From Sphagnum compactum (taxonomy: Eukaryota), in the NCBI GenBank assembly GCA_965153455.1, contig OZ234493.1, positions 31,362,213 to 31,426,212 of the forward strand: a stretch of 64,000 nucleotides of DNA, given 5' to 3'. The notes below the pieces were generated by a model. That model did not search any database. It saw nothing but the letters and a program-made list of their open reading frames with translations, and had not been told where the DNA came from. Positions 25,870-38,918 of the stretch are shown here, piece by piece. Every line of letters starts with the position of its first letter. Positions within the stretch are counted from its first letter, which is position 1. A program made the position numbers and the translations under genes.

Positions 25870-28106
25870 TTCAAATGCAACAGTTGGTAGCTATACAAGC
25901 ACAAATTATAGTTTGGAAACCACACAGTCAAATCTCACTATGTTAGGGTTTTTTTGGGTGTAAATGACAACTTACCTATCGATCTTGAGAAGCCGCAAAT
26001 GTTGCGATGCATTATTTGTAGAACAAAGCAAGTTGGTGCTCTTGATTTACGCCAATGTTCTACTTTACGAAAAGGATTTATTAAATATGGTAAGATTAAT
26101 GGGATCATTCCCATGAAGACCCATGTTGAATTTGTACATCCAAAGTTGGTTGCTCACAAAAAGTTGGCCATTATTGGAAAACTTCTTGTTGTTGCTGCAA
26201 GTCACAATCAATAGTCTAGGAAGAAGTAGTCTAGGCCATCTAGGTGTGCAATCACATCATATTTTTGTGCTACAAACCTTTACAAAAAGTTTGATGAGGC
26301 ACAACAACAGTTTGTTGAAGGCCTAGTCTTGTATACTTGCAAGGGGTACATGCCCCTTTCCACTTGTGACAATATTTGTTTGAGGAGGTTGGTATTACAC
26401 CTATGCTCGCGTGTTGTTTTTCCTTTTCAGGCTATGTTTGTAGAAGAAGTGTTGCCTACAATGGTAAAAAAAACCATGCGATTACATGTGTTGTTAAGGC
26501 TTGTTAAGGCAACAACATTGTTAGCTAGTTTTGATCTTGGATGTCCAAAGGTGGCGTGGACACCTTGCCTTGGTAATCAATTATTTAAATGTATCTTGGA
26601 TGCCCCAACATGTTACCATTGGTTTGTTTGAGGTTCATGAGATCGATGGGCTTTCCATGGCTGGTTAGTTGCATTCATTATGAAAAGTATGATTTAATGC
26701 ATCGTATGATTGCCTCTGTGAAAGATGAACGCAACAACTTGATGTCTAGATGGCAATAACATTGCGTTCCATTGTTGATTGTTGCCTTTTGAAACTTTAG
26801 TGGGTTTATGAAGGTACGTGTTTTGGTCACATTATGTTTAAAACTTGCCAATATGCTATTAATGATGAAAATGTGACTACAAATCTGAAACAAATTAGTG
26901 TGAAGGTTGCCCAAGGAAACTTATAAAAGATAATCACAATGACAAAAAAATCAGGAAAGGGAAGGTAGGAATGGGGAAGGGCATGTGTTGAGAAAAGGTT
27001 GCGGCCTCGAAAACTTAAGACCCCAGTGAAAACAAGATTTGTTAGTAAGGTAATCATGTTTGAAGAGGTATTGGAATTCAAAAAGGCCATTCTTTTGTGT
27101 AATGGGCGGCATAAAACAATTGTTTTGTAACAAAGAATTCCTAAGGCTGAGGTATGGGCAATTGCAGAAGCATTCACATTTGGTTGAATCATGTTGTCAC
27201 TGCCTATGTGATGAACCAGTCATGGGGGCATTGGCTACTATCTAATGCTCTTAATACATGTATCAATTTAACATTGATTTTGGAAGTTGAGGTTGGACAG
27301 GCTACTGATGTTTTTGATGCTTTGGATGCATCTGATACTGAGTTTATCATCTTTCAAAACAACATGCAGGCAGTTGTTAAGGTCATCAAACCTTTTCTAC
27401 AATTTCTGCAAGCCTATGATTCACATCAAGTGCATAATATGTTCGCCCTTATGTTTGATCCTAAGTTCAAGTCTTTGAGGGTTGTGGAAAATTATGTGGG
27501 ACATGGGGCTTTTATTCATCTTGTTGTAGAGTATGATGCCAATATAGTAATCCCTCTTTTAATGATTGTGTTTGAGGTACTAAACCTTATTGTCCAAGCA
27601 TGTGTAATAAAAGTTATTGGATCTGTTGCTAGGTTTGGTGATTTCGTTGAAGAAAACAATAATATATTTGGTGTGGGCGCAACTATGGAAAAGTCATCAT
27701 GTGCACTTGTTATTGGGGAATTGTCCTTGTTCAAGAGGTTATATGTATCCCCTGCTACATGTGTTGATCCTTCAACTTGGTGGTGGATTCATGAAATCCA
27801 ATTCCCAAATGTTAGCTTCATTGCTAAACAAATATTGGGAATTATAAGATCACAGAGATTGAAACTGAACGTGTGTTCAATCTTGTTGGTGTTTTGACAT
27901 TTTTGAGACACTATAGGTTGCAAGTGGATAATTTAGACCAAATCATCACTGTGGTGACGAACTGGCCTGACAATCCTCATTTGAATTATTCACAACATAA
28001 GGATTTGACAGACTTTGTGAAAGTTGAATTTGTATCACCTAAAGACAATTATGATTTGATTGAGGAATCAAATTATTTTGAACAATTGGAACTGGATAAG
28101 GATTAA
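25870..28106 (+). pseudogene. hAT transposase pseudogene (BED finger, DDE core, hATC dimerisation domain)
   Basis: Frameshifted, stop-containing translation. BED-like region: VWKPHSQISLC..LRCIIC..MKTHVEFVHP. Catalytic motifs: SFDL(W)MSKGG (D1), VKDE (D2), TCFGH (CxxH), PVKTRF. hATC region with catalytic E: DPSTWWWIHEIQFPNVSFIAKQILGI..SQ(I)ETERVF. Confidence 0.92.
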
Positions 28107-28699
28107 TTTGGCATTGGCAAGGTGAATTAAAAAAATATTATTGTTTTTGGGATTGCATAACTTGAATGATAATTTGCACTTTGCACTTCATTTGAACCAA
28201 TGATTTGGTCTCTTTATTCATGCAGAGGTTACTTGTGGAGCTCATCAACAATAGGGATGGCTTTTATTTTGTTGGGTGTGTTTGTGGGTTAGGTGGGGTG
28301 TATGTGGGGGTGTGGTTGGGGCAGGAAACTTGTGTTGTGTTGGGCATGGTTCTTTAAAGAACTAGGGTTCAACTCCCCCACAAGTTATTGGTTTTTTAGA
28401 TGTTTTTTAATGCTCTAGTGGAGTAGGTCTATGACTAAAAAATTAATTCCACAAGTCAGGACAAATTCCTAACCTTTATACATATCTTATGATTAATGTG
28501 AGTTTGAAAACTAGAAAATGGATATCCGCCAAAATGAAAAATAAAAATAAAAAACATATCTATCCAATCAAGGATACTCATAATTTTTTTCTTGTGCATA
28601 TCCTTATGTTATAATTTTTTGAAAAATATTCCATATAGGTAACCTGAGAAATGTTTCAAATCTTCATACCCGAGCAACACTGGTTTAAGGTTTAGAGTT

Positions 28700-29210
28700 T
28701 AACATTGGGTGGTTCTTGCTATTTATGAACAACCTTTAGTTCTAATTATTTAGAAGAAGTTAGAATGGATTCGGTTCTAGTTTTAGTTCCACATAAAATG
28801 GAACCTTGGGTTTAATTCTTGTCCAATTTTTTGAAAAGAAAACATCTCATGTTTTTATTTTGGTTCTAGTTCCACCAAAAAATGGAAATCCAGATTTGGT
28901 TCTTGAAAAAAGAAATTCAAGTTCCAGTTTTGGTTATGGAAATTAGACTTGGTTTCGGTTCCACTTCCAAGTAACCCAGTCTAAAATGAATGATAAACTT
29001 CTAATTAACCCTCAATTGACCTTTGGTTCCAAACCATTTTCCCCCCAATTTATTTGATTTTTTCAAAAATTATGATTCCAATTCCAAAACCAAACCCAGT
29101 TTCAATTCCAATTCCAAAAATCAAACTTTGGTTTTGGTTTGGTTTTTACTAATAAAATTATACTAAAACCAACAATTCGAACCAACCAAACTGAGTAATT
29201 GCCCAACATT
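28700..29210. mobile_element. Non-autonomous hAT-type element, same family as 3602-4049, abutting the large hAT
   Basis: Ends (T)AACATTGGGTGGTTCTTGCTATTTATGAACAACCTTTAGTTC.. and ..GTAATTGCCCAACATTG; internal GGTTC/GAACC-like repeats. Confidence 0.6.
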
Positions 29211-32200
29211 GGTGTGAACAAAAAACACTTTTCCATTGTTCTTGTCTCATAGATAACCATGGTGGTTAATTATGTATCTACTTGCTTAGGAGTCACCAAA
29301 TGCCTTACCTACTTACTTATCTACATATTTGCCACTTAAATTCTTACTTATGTAAGATACTTAGCAAAATTACATAGGTTACCTAGGGAGAAAAATGGTG
29401 AAAAAGTAGGAGGGTTTACAAGATAGGTCAAGTTACCAAGGATCAATGGAGTTTGACCAAGGCGAGCCATATGCTCACCAACATTAGGTGTAATGCTTAT
29501 CTTTCTTTTCATCAAAATTTGTAAAATTAGATGTGATTTATGTTATTAAGTCCATGCCAAAAATCATTTTGTGACCCACAAAAGGAGGTCTCGCACATTC
29601 TCTATAGGAAACAAAGACATACTCTTCAAACACTGGTAGGATATTGTAGTACATGGCGATTTTGGCACAAATTAAATTATTTTATATTTTGCAGAAGTTT
29701 TTGAAAAAAAATCCTATTATTGAAAATTTAGAAAATTTAGATTATAAGAATCTAGAATCAAACCTTGGCCTTGGACAAATAAGCACATTAATTGTGAACA
29801 AACTAACCACAAAGACAATACGAAATTCTAAAGTTGAGTTATAATTTAATATGTAAAATTGTTATATGCTTAAAAGTCCACAATTAAAAACTCACATGGT
29901 GAATCTAAAATTTTAAAATAAAAAAATTATTTGCCACTTGTGTGTTAAATTCGCCTAAGTACTATAGTAATTACTTGGTGATCTATATCAATCTAAAATT
30001 GAACAAGTTTGTAATGTTATAATCATGTATGTATTTACTAATCAATATCAAGGTTGGTGACTTGAAAATTACGGAACCTACCATTGATTGTTATCATGGA
30101 CATCTAATGTAATTGTTGGATGGTACTCAATATATCATCCATTCACATCACTAAGCAAAGAAATTTGGAGTAGAAGTCAATTGTCTAGAATAACACAATG
30201 AAAAATTCATTCAATGATCAACCTCCATTCCCCACTTCTTTCAACATCTTCTCTATCTTTATCCTCAACACCTCCTTAGTTCTCCCTAGTTTGTTTATTC
30301 TTCCCTAATTTGCAATTGTTTGAAACAAAAACTTCACCACTAGATCCTAAAAAAACAAAATATAGAATGGTCTACTTTCTTACCTTATCTACAAAACAAT
30401 AGGTTGGGCATGATCTAGCCACTTTTCAAGATCGCACCCAATCTTCAAACTTGAATTGTGTTCTTGCCCATTTGAAACAACCTACTATTCAACTTCTCTT
30501 GCTTTCTAACTATTGCCCCCACTTGCTCTTTTTTTCTCCTTCTTCAATTTTCTTCTTTACACCCCATATAGAAGCTCCTTTCCCTAGCTTCTTCAACAAA
30601 CTTACCTGTTGAAATAATTGCCCACCATTAAAACCAAATGTGAATTTCAGCCTAGCCAAAAAACATCCAAAATGTTCCAAAAAAGTTGTAATGTGCAAAA
30701 CGAATAAAACCAACATTGTATGGTGAAAGCAACAACCCTAACCTTAGCCTAATGAGAATGCCAAGTTATTTTGGTGTAACGATTGCACACCCAACATGAA
30801 AAATATGCACACAAGTTTGTTGAAAAACTAACTTGGTGATGAGATGAACAAACTACACGTATTGTGTTGAGGTTAGGCATGTGTCTAGTTTAGTTTCTTT
30901 GGATAATTCCGTATCTTGTGATTACATTTCACATTGAAAGAAGTTCCAAAATCAAAAAAAGTATCTTATCAAAATGACCTAATAGATATTCCATTGAAAA
31001 TATTTATAAGTTGTAATTTTTGAGTTTATACACACACACACACACACACACACAAATGAGTATATATAAGAGATAGCATCTTAAGAAGTTGGATAAGGTG
31101 TAAGCAAGAGACTAAAAGCTAAAAAAAATTCAAATTACACTCCCATTTTGGGGGGTGAACTCTTGGGGAATCCTGAATGTTGTAAAATGAATTTGGGCAT
31201 GCAACCAACTCCTAGGATGGGTAACAAAGTGTCATTCCCAAGATGAAGGGAAATCTAAAAACATTCAAATTGGAATTAGACCAAACAATGGACAAAAACT
31301 AATATAATGTTTTTGAATGTTTTTTCCATAATAAACCTTAATTGCATATACTATGATCATTTGCAACAACATTGAAATTGCCAATGTGAGTCTTGAACGT
31401 TTTGACAATATAAGGAATCAAATGAAATTTGAATGAAAAGTTTGATACATCATTCAAAAGATATTTTTAAGGAATATAATTTTAAAAATTATATTCTCAA
31501 ATTTGGATACCATTTGAGAAAGATATGAAATTTTTATTTTTTGGGATTCATAAATAAACAAAGATTGGGAGTCCCAATTCAAGATGAGCCCACATTTTTT
31601 CATTCCAATGTGAGTGCAACAAAATGGGCAAATGTTTGGGGTTGCATCACCCAACCTTGTCCAAATAAAATTATTTTTGGTTTCTCAAATAAGTTTTGAA
31701 AAGGGTTACAACAAATTGTGCTCATATTCCTAGAAATATTCATTATCAAAAATTGAAAAATGTGCCAAAACAAATATCATTTTTCAAATATCAATTTGGA
31801 AGGGGAAATGACATCCAATTTATGAGCTTAACATGACATTGGAAAGCTTTCAATGAGAGTTGCAACATGGTTTAATCACATTCTCAGTATTCTTATTTTT
31901 TTTCTGGAGGAATTATGAGCCACCCAAAAATCACAAAACACCAATCAAAATAGCAAAATTTGGGATTTTTGAAAAACAATGCCATTTAATGTAATCTCAT
32001 GGATATATGCAAAGTATATTATTCCTAGAGAACAATGCAAAGAAACCTCACCGTGTTGAATTTAGAATGAAAAATTATGGTAAATTTGTGAGGTAGTTTG
32101 GTTTAAAATTACATTAATCATGACCTCTTTGTCATTCGTGCAATTGAGGTGATGGAAATGTGCATGTAACGTGTGTCATTTTTTCCTAATCATCTTGAAG

Positions 32201-35063
32201 TTTTTGCACCCTTGTTTTAGTTGCAAGGAGCCATGGAATATGTTTCATTTTTACAACACAAATTACATTGGTATTTGTTTTGATTTTGGGAGCTAAATGT
32301 AATTAGTCTAGCTACTATAGGTTTTGAATATTTATTGAGAATGTAAAAAATGGTCATTTGCTTTAGGTTTGTTATTGCTAAGGTAATTGAACTTTAACCT
32401 TTTGACCAATATTAACACTAAACATGTAATATCATCAAGCTACACAAACATACTAACAAACATTTTATTTTCAACTTTCACATTTTGTTGTCATTGTGTT
32501 CCTAACACCCATATTTTCAATGGTTTTGCCCCTTATGAAGCCCATAAGTTGAATGACATGGAGGCTTACATTTAGGGAAAAATGTTCACATTGTGTTATT
32601 GGGGCTTACCATGTTTGTAGTTTTAGGAGACATTATTATCTTTCATCTTCCAAGCCTACATGAAACATTTTGACTTCATAAAAATTAGAATTGATCTACA
32701 ACCATGTCGGGAAGGATTGTTAATGGTCTCAACTAGAGGTCATATTTACATTTTATTATTCATTTTCATGCTCACCTTCTAATATTTTAATTGAATGAAA
32801 TTGAAATGTCAATCTTTTTAATCAAAATGCTTAATGTTGTAATCAAGATGAGGATAATTTGATATGTTTCCAATGTAAATCTAACAAAAGAAAGTTTTAT
32901 TGAATTTCACTTCCAAAATTTATGAACTAAATTTTGATGTATGTTATAAAGGGGTTGTTGCACCAACAAAACTAGGCTCGGAGAAAGATGCATCTGATGG
33001 ATTTAAGTTGTTAACATGTTAATTTTATATTATTAAAATGAATTGTTGTTTATTGTGTACTGAAGTGCACCAAGACATTTGAAGTTCAAGCAAGAAATCA
33101 AGAAACAATGAAGTTGATGGTAAGTTTATATTTGCATGTGATGAAATTCAACTTTGAAATGTATTCCTATTTTTCTTGATGCACCTCACTTTGAAAATAA
33201 ATATTTGTGTTTAAATGTAACATGTAGTTTAGTCACAATAAGTGGTTATGATGTGTTGTTTATGTTACACTTTGATGATAAGCCAATCATGACAATGTGT
33301 TGTTGTTTGCAAATTGAAGTTTAGCTATAAGATACTCTTCCTCAATTTGAAAATACGGACATTCAAGTATTGATTGGGATCCAATATTAAAAGGTCAACA
33401 CCAATTTAGGCTATCTCTAAGTTTTAAACTAAATATGGGTTTGATTTTAAAAATTGGGCCAATGGGTTTACATGGGACAATACCTACCTCAAGTCAAGCC
33501 CCAAGTCCCAAGATTTGGACTTGGACCCAACCTATGAAACGCCTAGGTGAACTAGAGCCCACCCTGGAATTAGCCCACATGTCCTATGGCCTTTTTAAAA
33601 AATAGGATTTAAGTATTGAAGGTTTTTAAGAGGGGCTACAATTCCACCCAAAGTACTTGATCTAACATTGGTTTATTGATGAAATTTTTTCATCAACTTG
33701 TCAAAACAATTCCATAATACTTTTGCATTTCTCTCCTTTTGATTAGTTATATAAGTGATAATAACATGGAAGTAATATGAAAAAGATACAGTTAAAATTT
33801 TATTTATTCCCAATTATAATAGTGGAAGTGTGGACAACTTGGATATGGGATAAAAATACCCCCCCTCCCCCTCCCACCCAATCCCCTTAAATTTAGATAG
33901 CAATAAAAGATGATAAGTAATAACTTGACATTATGTATATAGAGAAAGTGTATTCCATTGCAAAGGACCAATTTTGAATGTTAATACATGCGATTACATC
34001 ATTTTCAAAATTTATGTAATATTGTAATTTTTTAACCTTGAATGTTAATACATGCGATTACATCATTTTCAAAATGTCTATAATTTATTTTCTTGTAGTG
34101 GAGTTATAATGTGTTTCAAAATGGACATACATCCATATTTGAGTTTCAAGCAATTAGCAAAACCATATCATTGTCAATTGCAATAGTCACAAAATAGTAC
34201 GATCCATAAATGGACATCAATTACAAAATAATAAAATTAATTCAGTATTTATTAATTTCATTGAATTAGCTGTAGCATAATATCATTAGCAAAACCCACT
34301 AGATTCAAGATAATAACATATGAAAAATTTGCATGAGTTGCAACTTAGTTTTTCTATAGTTGAACTTTTATCATCCATGTTGAATGGATGATGATTCATG
34401 TAAGCACCATGGTGGCTTGCAATCATTTTTCTTGAAATTTTTTTGTGGTAGTAAACTTTTTAGCTTGAATGTTTAATTGCAAGTCACTTGCATGCAATTT
34501 CACATATTTGGGTGATGTTATTGTCCACGTGGCAACTGATGCAACTTGGAGTATGTAAATATTATGAGTTGCAATGGTTGTTACAATTGAAAAATGATAT
34601 AAGCTCAATTGCAAGAGCATTTTTTTCATAATATCTTTGGAAAAGTTTTGATTTGATGATCAAATCCTCTAAGTCTTGATGGGTTAATTTCTATCCAACA
34701 ACTTTTGTTAAGGCCCTTGCTTTGGTTTTAAAGGTTATGGCCAATTGTGTTCCAACCTAAGCGATGGATATTTGAACATGATTATGAATCTTAATGTAGA
34801 TTGAAATGAATAGAATCCAGACATATAATTTATCTAAAAAAATTGGATAAATTTGTATATTGTATTACAATCCCATGTACTATGTACAGGAATGGTTAAG
34901 AGAAAATTGTCAATTGTCTTCACTTGCTGCATTCACAATCATTGCAGAAAGGATGAGAATATTTCTACCTTTGTGAAGCTAAAAACACAAGGTGGTTGAC
35001 AGAAAAGTTTGTTGCAATAGAGTTACCCATAAAGTCACACTGTCTTCACCCTGTCTTTGGGCC

Positions 35064-35363
35064 TGCTTTCACTCCCCTATTCCCTCTTTCAGTGGTATCT
35101 GCAAAGTAAGAAATTTTATTAGATCTCAGTGTGAAATGCTGAAACTCAGCATTTAATGCACAAGGTTCGAGAGCAATTATAGTAGTTGTACAGATAGGAA
35201 GAGTGAAAATATATGGAGCAGCAGTGGAGGCGGTCAGGAAAAAGGAAAGACAAGATGAAACTCAGCTTACAACCAAAATTAATTGGTGGAAAAATTAGTT
35301 TGGGTTCTAGTTATTTCGTTTTGTAAAATTTTCATTCCGAGTTAACCATTTGATGCCCTATTA
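35064..35363. repeat. Dispersed ~300-bp repeat, inverted copy of 13353-13652
   Basis: Direct visual alignment with the reverse complement of 13353-13652. Confidence 0.9.
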
Positions 35364-36659
35364 TGCCGAAACTGGCTGTTCTCGCCCCCTAATCAAGTGA
35401 CTTTACTACAGATAACTCTAATTTCACAGATCGTTGTATAAACCAATAAAAAGTCATAACAATACATCAGATGTCATTTGCGATAATATTCTAGAATAAT
35501 AAATAAATGCATTCAAAAGTTTAAAAAATTTGGGTAAATGTAAACACATTGTTTACCTTCTTCAGCTGTGTGTCAACATATGAAGGAAAAAACAGACTTG
35601 TAGAAAGGAAATCTTTCAGTTTGTAGATGACATGAAACGATCGATGCGCAATGTCCAAACTTATGATTTGGGTACCTTAAACAATTTAGGAACCCCCTTG
35701 CTCAAGTAAGTGAGAGGTCAAAAAACAAAGGGTTTTGATTCTTTGAACAACTTGGAATTGGAGACTTTAGAACTTTACAAAACTTTAGAACTGAGACTTT
35801 CAGCCACCACCCTCTCTCTTCTTCACCAGCAAGAATTGCTAATGGAGCCAACTTATTCTACTTTTGACCTAAATTTGCCTTTTTGTGAAGGCAACTACCT
35901 CATGCTGACCAGATGCCAGGCCATGTTGGCTTTGCTTACACCCACTGCCTTCCTGGCTTTGATTCAATTCTTGCAGCTTTTGGTATATTAGTGCACGAGC
36001 GAGCGAGCGAGCGAGCAAGCCAGCGTACTGGTCTACTTTCAAGTTTCAGGCATTTCTAGTTGACAACATTGTATGGAAATAAAATGTTTAAAAAAGTTCA
36101 TCACAAATGAAAATGCAACATGGTTCCATCCTTCTTCGACTCTCAGAATTTTCTGCAAATGACTTACACTTCCAGTTGAGTCATATAATAACTCAAAGAA
36201 ACTAAACAATTGGAGATGTTTATTCAAATGGGTCTTGCACTAGTTCCAGCAAGTCTACATGACAAGCAGCAGTATGAGATTTGTTCATAAGTAAACAAAT
36301 TGAATCAAAATGCAACTCCATTCCTTTTTCAACTCTCAGTTGTTTTTGACACATCCTTTTACTAATGTCGCTTGGGAAATTTGGATAAATTGCTTCTGGT
36401 TTTCTTGATGGGTGGGAGGTATTGTTTTTTGTTGGGCATTTGATGTGCGAGGGTTTAGGGTTGGTATTCACGGCCACACAACTTAACCCTAGTGTCGAAT
36501 TATGCTTTTTGGACCTATGTCAGGTGCCATCATCATTTGTGCAACAATGTGGTAGCGAGTTTAGTGTAGTGTCAGACGGTCAAGTGGCAGATTGGTGTAT
36601 TTGTTGAAAACTATATCTACATACTTGAATGCTATGCTCTAGCGGGGTTGGTCACATCT

Positions 36660-36990
36660 ACAACAAGGGGTGTGTCACATGCAGCCTTGCCATTTACTAC
36701 ATTAAAAAGTATCTTAAAGCAAAAGAAGAATTATGGAAACTCAAATATTTCAGCAGGCAAAAATATAATCTTCAAAAAAATCCTCTAAAAGAAACCAAAA
36801 TCCTTCAAGATATTATAACTCTATATAACTAATCTCAACTTTCAACACAAGCCAAAATATCATCTTTCAAAAGTCCTCATATAAAAATAGACCTATTATT
36901 AGCTAGGGGTCCAAATCCCTTAAGCTACTAAACTCTATAATGAATCTAAACACAATATCCTTGCTTTGGAAGGCAAGTCCTACAAACACT
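36660..36990. repeat. Inverted copy of the 20165-20526 / 14338-14490 repeat
   Basis: AAAGAAACCAAAATCCTTCAAGATATTATAACTCTATATAACTAATCTCAACTTTCAACACAAGCCAAAATATCATCTTTCAAAA matches the reverse complement of ~20310-20393. Confidence 0.9.
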
Positions 36991-37601
36991 AAGTGCAACA
37001 ACACATGTGAGCAAACTGGCAAAAATCATATCCAACTTGCAACACTCATTGCAACCATCTTATGACAAAATAATACTTCATGAAACAGAATTGCTGCAAA
37101 AGTATGGTTCCCTTTTGCAGAACTTCATCATCTCATTCAAATCTAATGCACGGTCTTTCTCATCATCATCATCATAACACATAACTAGCTTTAGGGTTTG
37201 TCGCCCGGACATGTCTCATACTCATTGGACATCCATGCCCCCCGAATGATATCACATATTTAAGCTGCTGACTGACTAGCAGTTTTCGACCTAGGTCTAT
37301 TACTTTACATCCATAACCTGCTCAGCACATGGATGATAATGCATCACAGAAAGAATGCATCCGGATATATTCATCACTAACCTAACTTTACATCTATAAC
37401 TCGCTTAATAACTGGTTGCATCACTAGTTATATCCGGTTATCCAGGTCACTGAAGGGTGAAATGGCACCTTCACGGGTACCATGGTAAAAGCTCCCCAAA
37501 AAATTGGGTTGCTTTTGAACATGATAGATACCCGGTCCTGGAACAAAACCAGGTTCTCTGGGTGCAAATTTAACATTTCCTTGGTTGATTATTAGCTCTA
37601 A

Positions 37602-37823
37602 AGATGCATTCAGACTTGGTGTTAGGGACTCTAGTAAAGTTTGAGTCCCCTAACACCATGCTTCCCATTTAGTTAGGACTTAAACTTAGTTACCATGAAT
37701 TTTTTTGTTAAGCTAACATTCACTTAAGATTAAGCTATGGCCCCATTTAAACATTGGGTGCCATCTAGGATGCCACCTAGATTTTCATTTAACATTGACT
37801 TAACATCAAGTTTGGATGCACCA
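37602..37823. mobile_element. Tourist-like (PIF/Harbinger) MITE, copy 1
   Basis: TIRs AGATGCATTCAGACTTGGTGTTA / TAACATCAAGTTTGGATGCACCA. TAA flanks both sides (37599-37601, 37824-37826). Homologous to 38632-38845. Confidence 0.85.
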
Positions 37824-38481
37824 TAAGAGGCCTCACTCAAAGGAGGGGATGGTACCAGTGTAAATGCAAGTTCACCAGTTCACCCTGACCGTTACAACAC
37901 ATAGTTCTTTGTTTGAATGAAATGAAGCACTATTCACTTTCTGCAGTTGACGACGTTGGAAAAAATAAAATCTTGAAGGATTCAAATCGCCTTCAAAAAT
38001 AAAAAAAATTCGTGCGATTTGATTTGATTTGATTCGATGTGATGTCGGCCTTGTATGTAGACACTAGTAGAATTCCAAATTGGTCTTATGATACAAACAA
38101 AACATGCGGTGTTGGGGTTATCTATCCTTCCTGACACGGTCTCATGAACAGAATGTGAAAAAAGAAAGGGTCCTGAATGTCACTCCAAAAAAACTGAACT
38201 TTTCAACTTATGCTTTTTGCAGTCATGATGGACTCTCTTCACTCTTCAGTCAAAATGGACAGACAGGTTCCACAGACTGTTGTTGTTGCCTGCCCAACTA
38301 GATAGAGAGCCGTATCCAGCCGACCAAACCAGTCGGCTATCCCTCCCCAAAGAAGCATGTGCATATCTTGTAACAATGTTACACTCGTATTCATCAGTGG
38401 TAGACAAGAGTGTGAAGCATTGGGACTTTTTTTTTCCCTTTGTTTTTTTCTTCCCTTGAAATGTAATTGTCACTCAAGAGA

Positions 38482-38918
38482 GATTCGTGTTGTCACCCTA
38501 AGTTTCATAGGGTCAACTGCTCTGACAAATGTGTGCTAACATACTAACTGGCACATAGTACAAGTGATTCGCTCTTTCACCCTAAGGTTCATAGGGTCAA
38601 CTGCTTTGACAAATGTGTACTAACATACTAAAGGTGCATTCACACTTGGTGTTAAGGACTCAAGTATTAAGTCCCCTAACACCGAGCTAGTCATTTTTAG
38701 GACCTCAACCTATTTACCATGAAGATTTTCTATTAAGTTAACATTCATTTAATATTAAAAATCACCCATTTAACATTGGGTGCCACCTAAGATACCAACT
38801 AGATTTTCACTTAACACTGACTTAACGTTAGGTGTAAATGCGCCTTAACTGCACATAGCACAAGTGATTCTTTCTTTCACCCTGAGGTTCATAGGGTCAA
38901 TTGCTCTAACAAATGTAT
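38482..38918. repeat. 84-bp tandem repeat (~2.6 units) interrupted by a MITE
   Basis: Units GATTC...TCACCCTAAGGTTCATAGGGTCAACTGCTCTGACAAATGTGT.CTAACATACTAACTG begin at 38482, 38566 and 38866. Confidence 0.9.
38632..38845. mobile_element. Tourist-like (PIF/Harbinger) MITE, copy 2
   Basis: TIRs AGGTGCATTCACACTTGGTGTTAAG / CTTAACGTTAGGTGTAAATGCGCCT. TSD TAA (38629-38631, 38846-38848). The empty site is visible in the neighbouring tandem-repeat unit. Confidence 0.9.

Larger units (their letters stand above)
21056..28682 (+). mobile_element. hAT-superfamily DNA transposon (7.6 kb, decayed, cargo-carrying)
   Basis: Left TIR CAGTGTTGCCCG (21056) and right TIR CGAGCAACACTG (ends 28682) match at 11/12 positions. 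8-bp TSD GTTTAGGG (21048-21055) / GTTTAAGG (28683-28690). CCGG(AT) subterminal repeats. Internal hAT transposase pseudogene. Confidence 0.9.

Noticed and set aside
38482-38918. Repeat units separated by other sequence (CRISPR-like appearance)
   Set aside because: These are 84-bp head-to-tail units with a MITE insertion, with no unique spacers and no cas genes, in a eukaryotic context.
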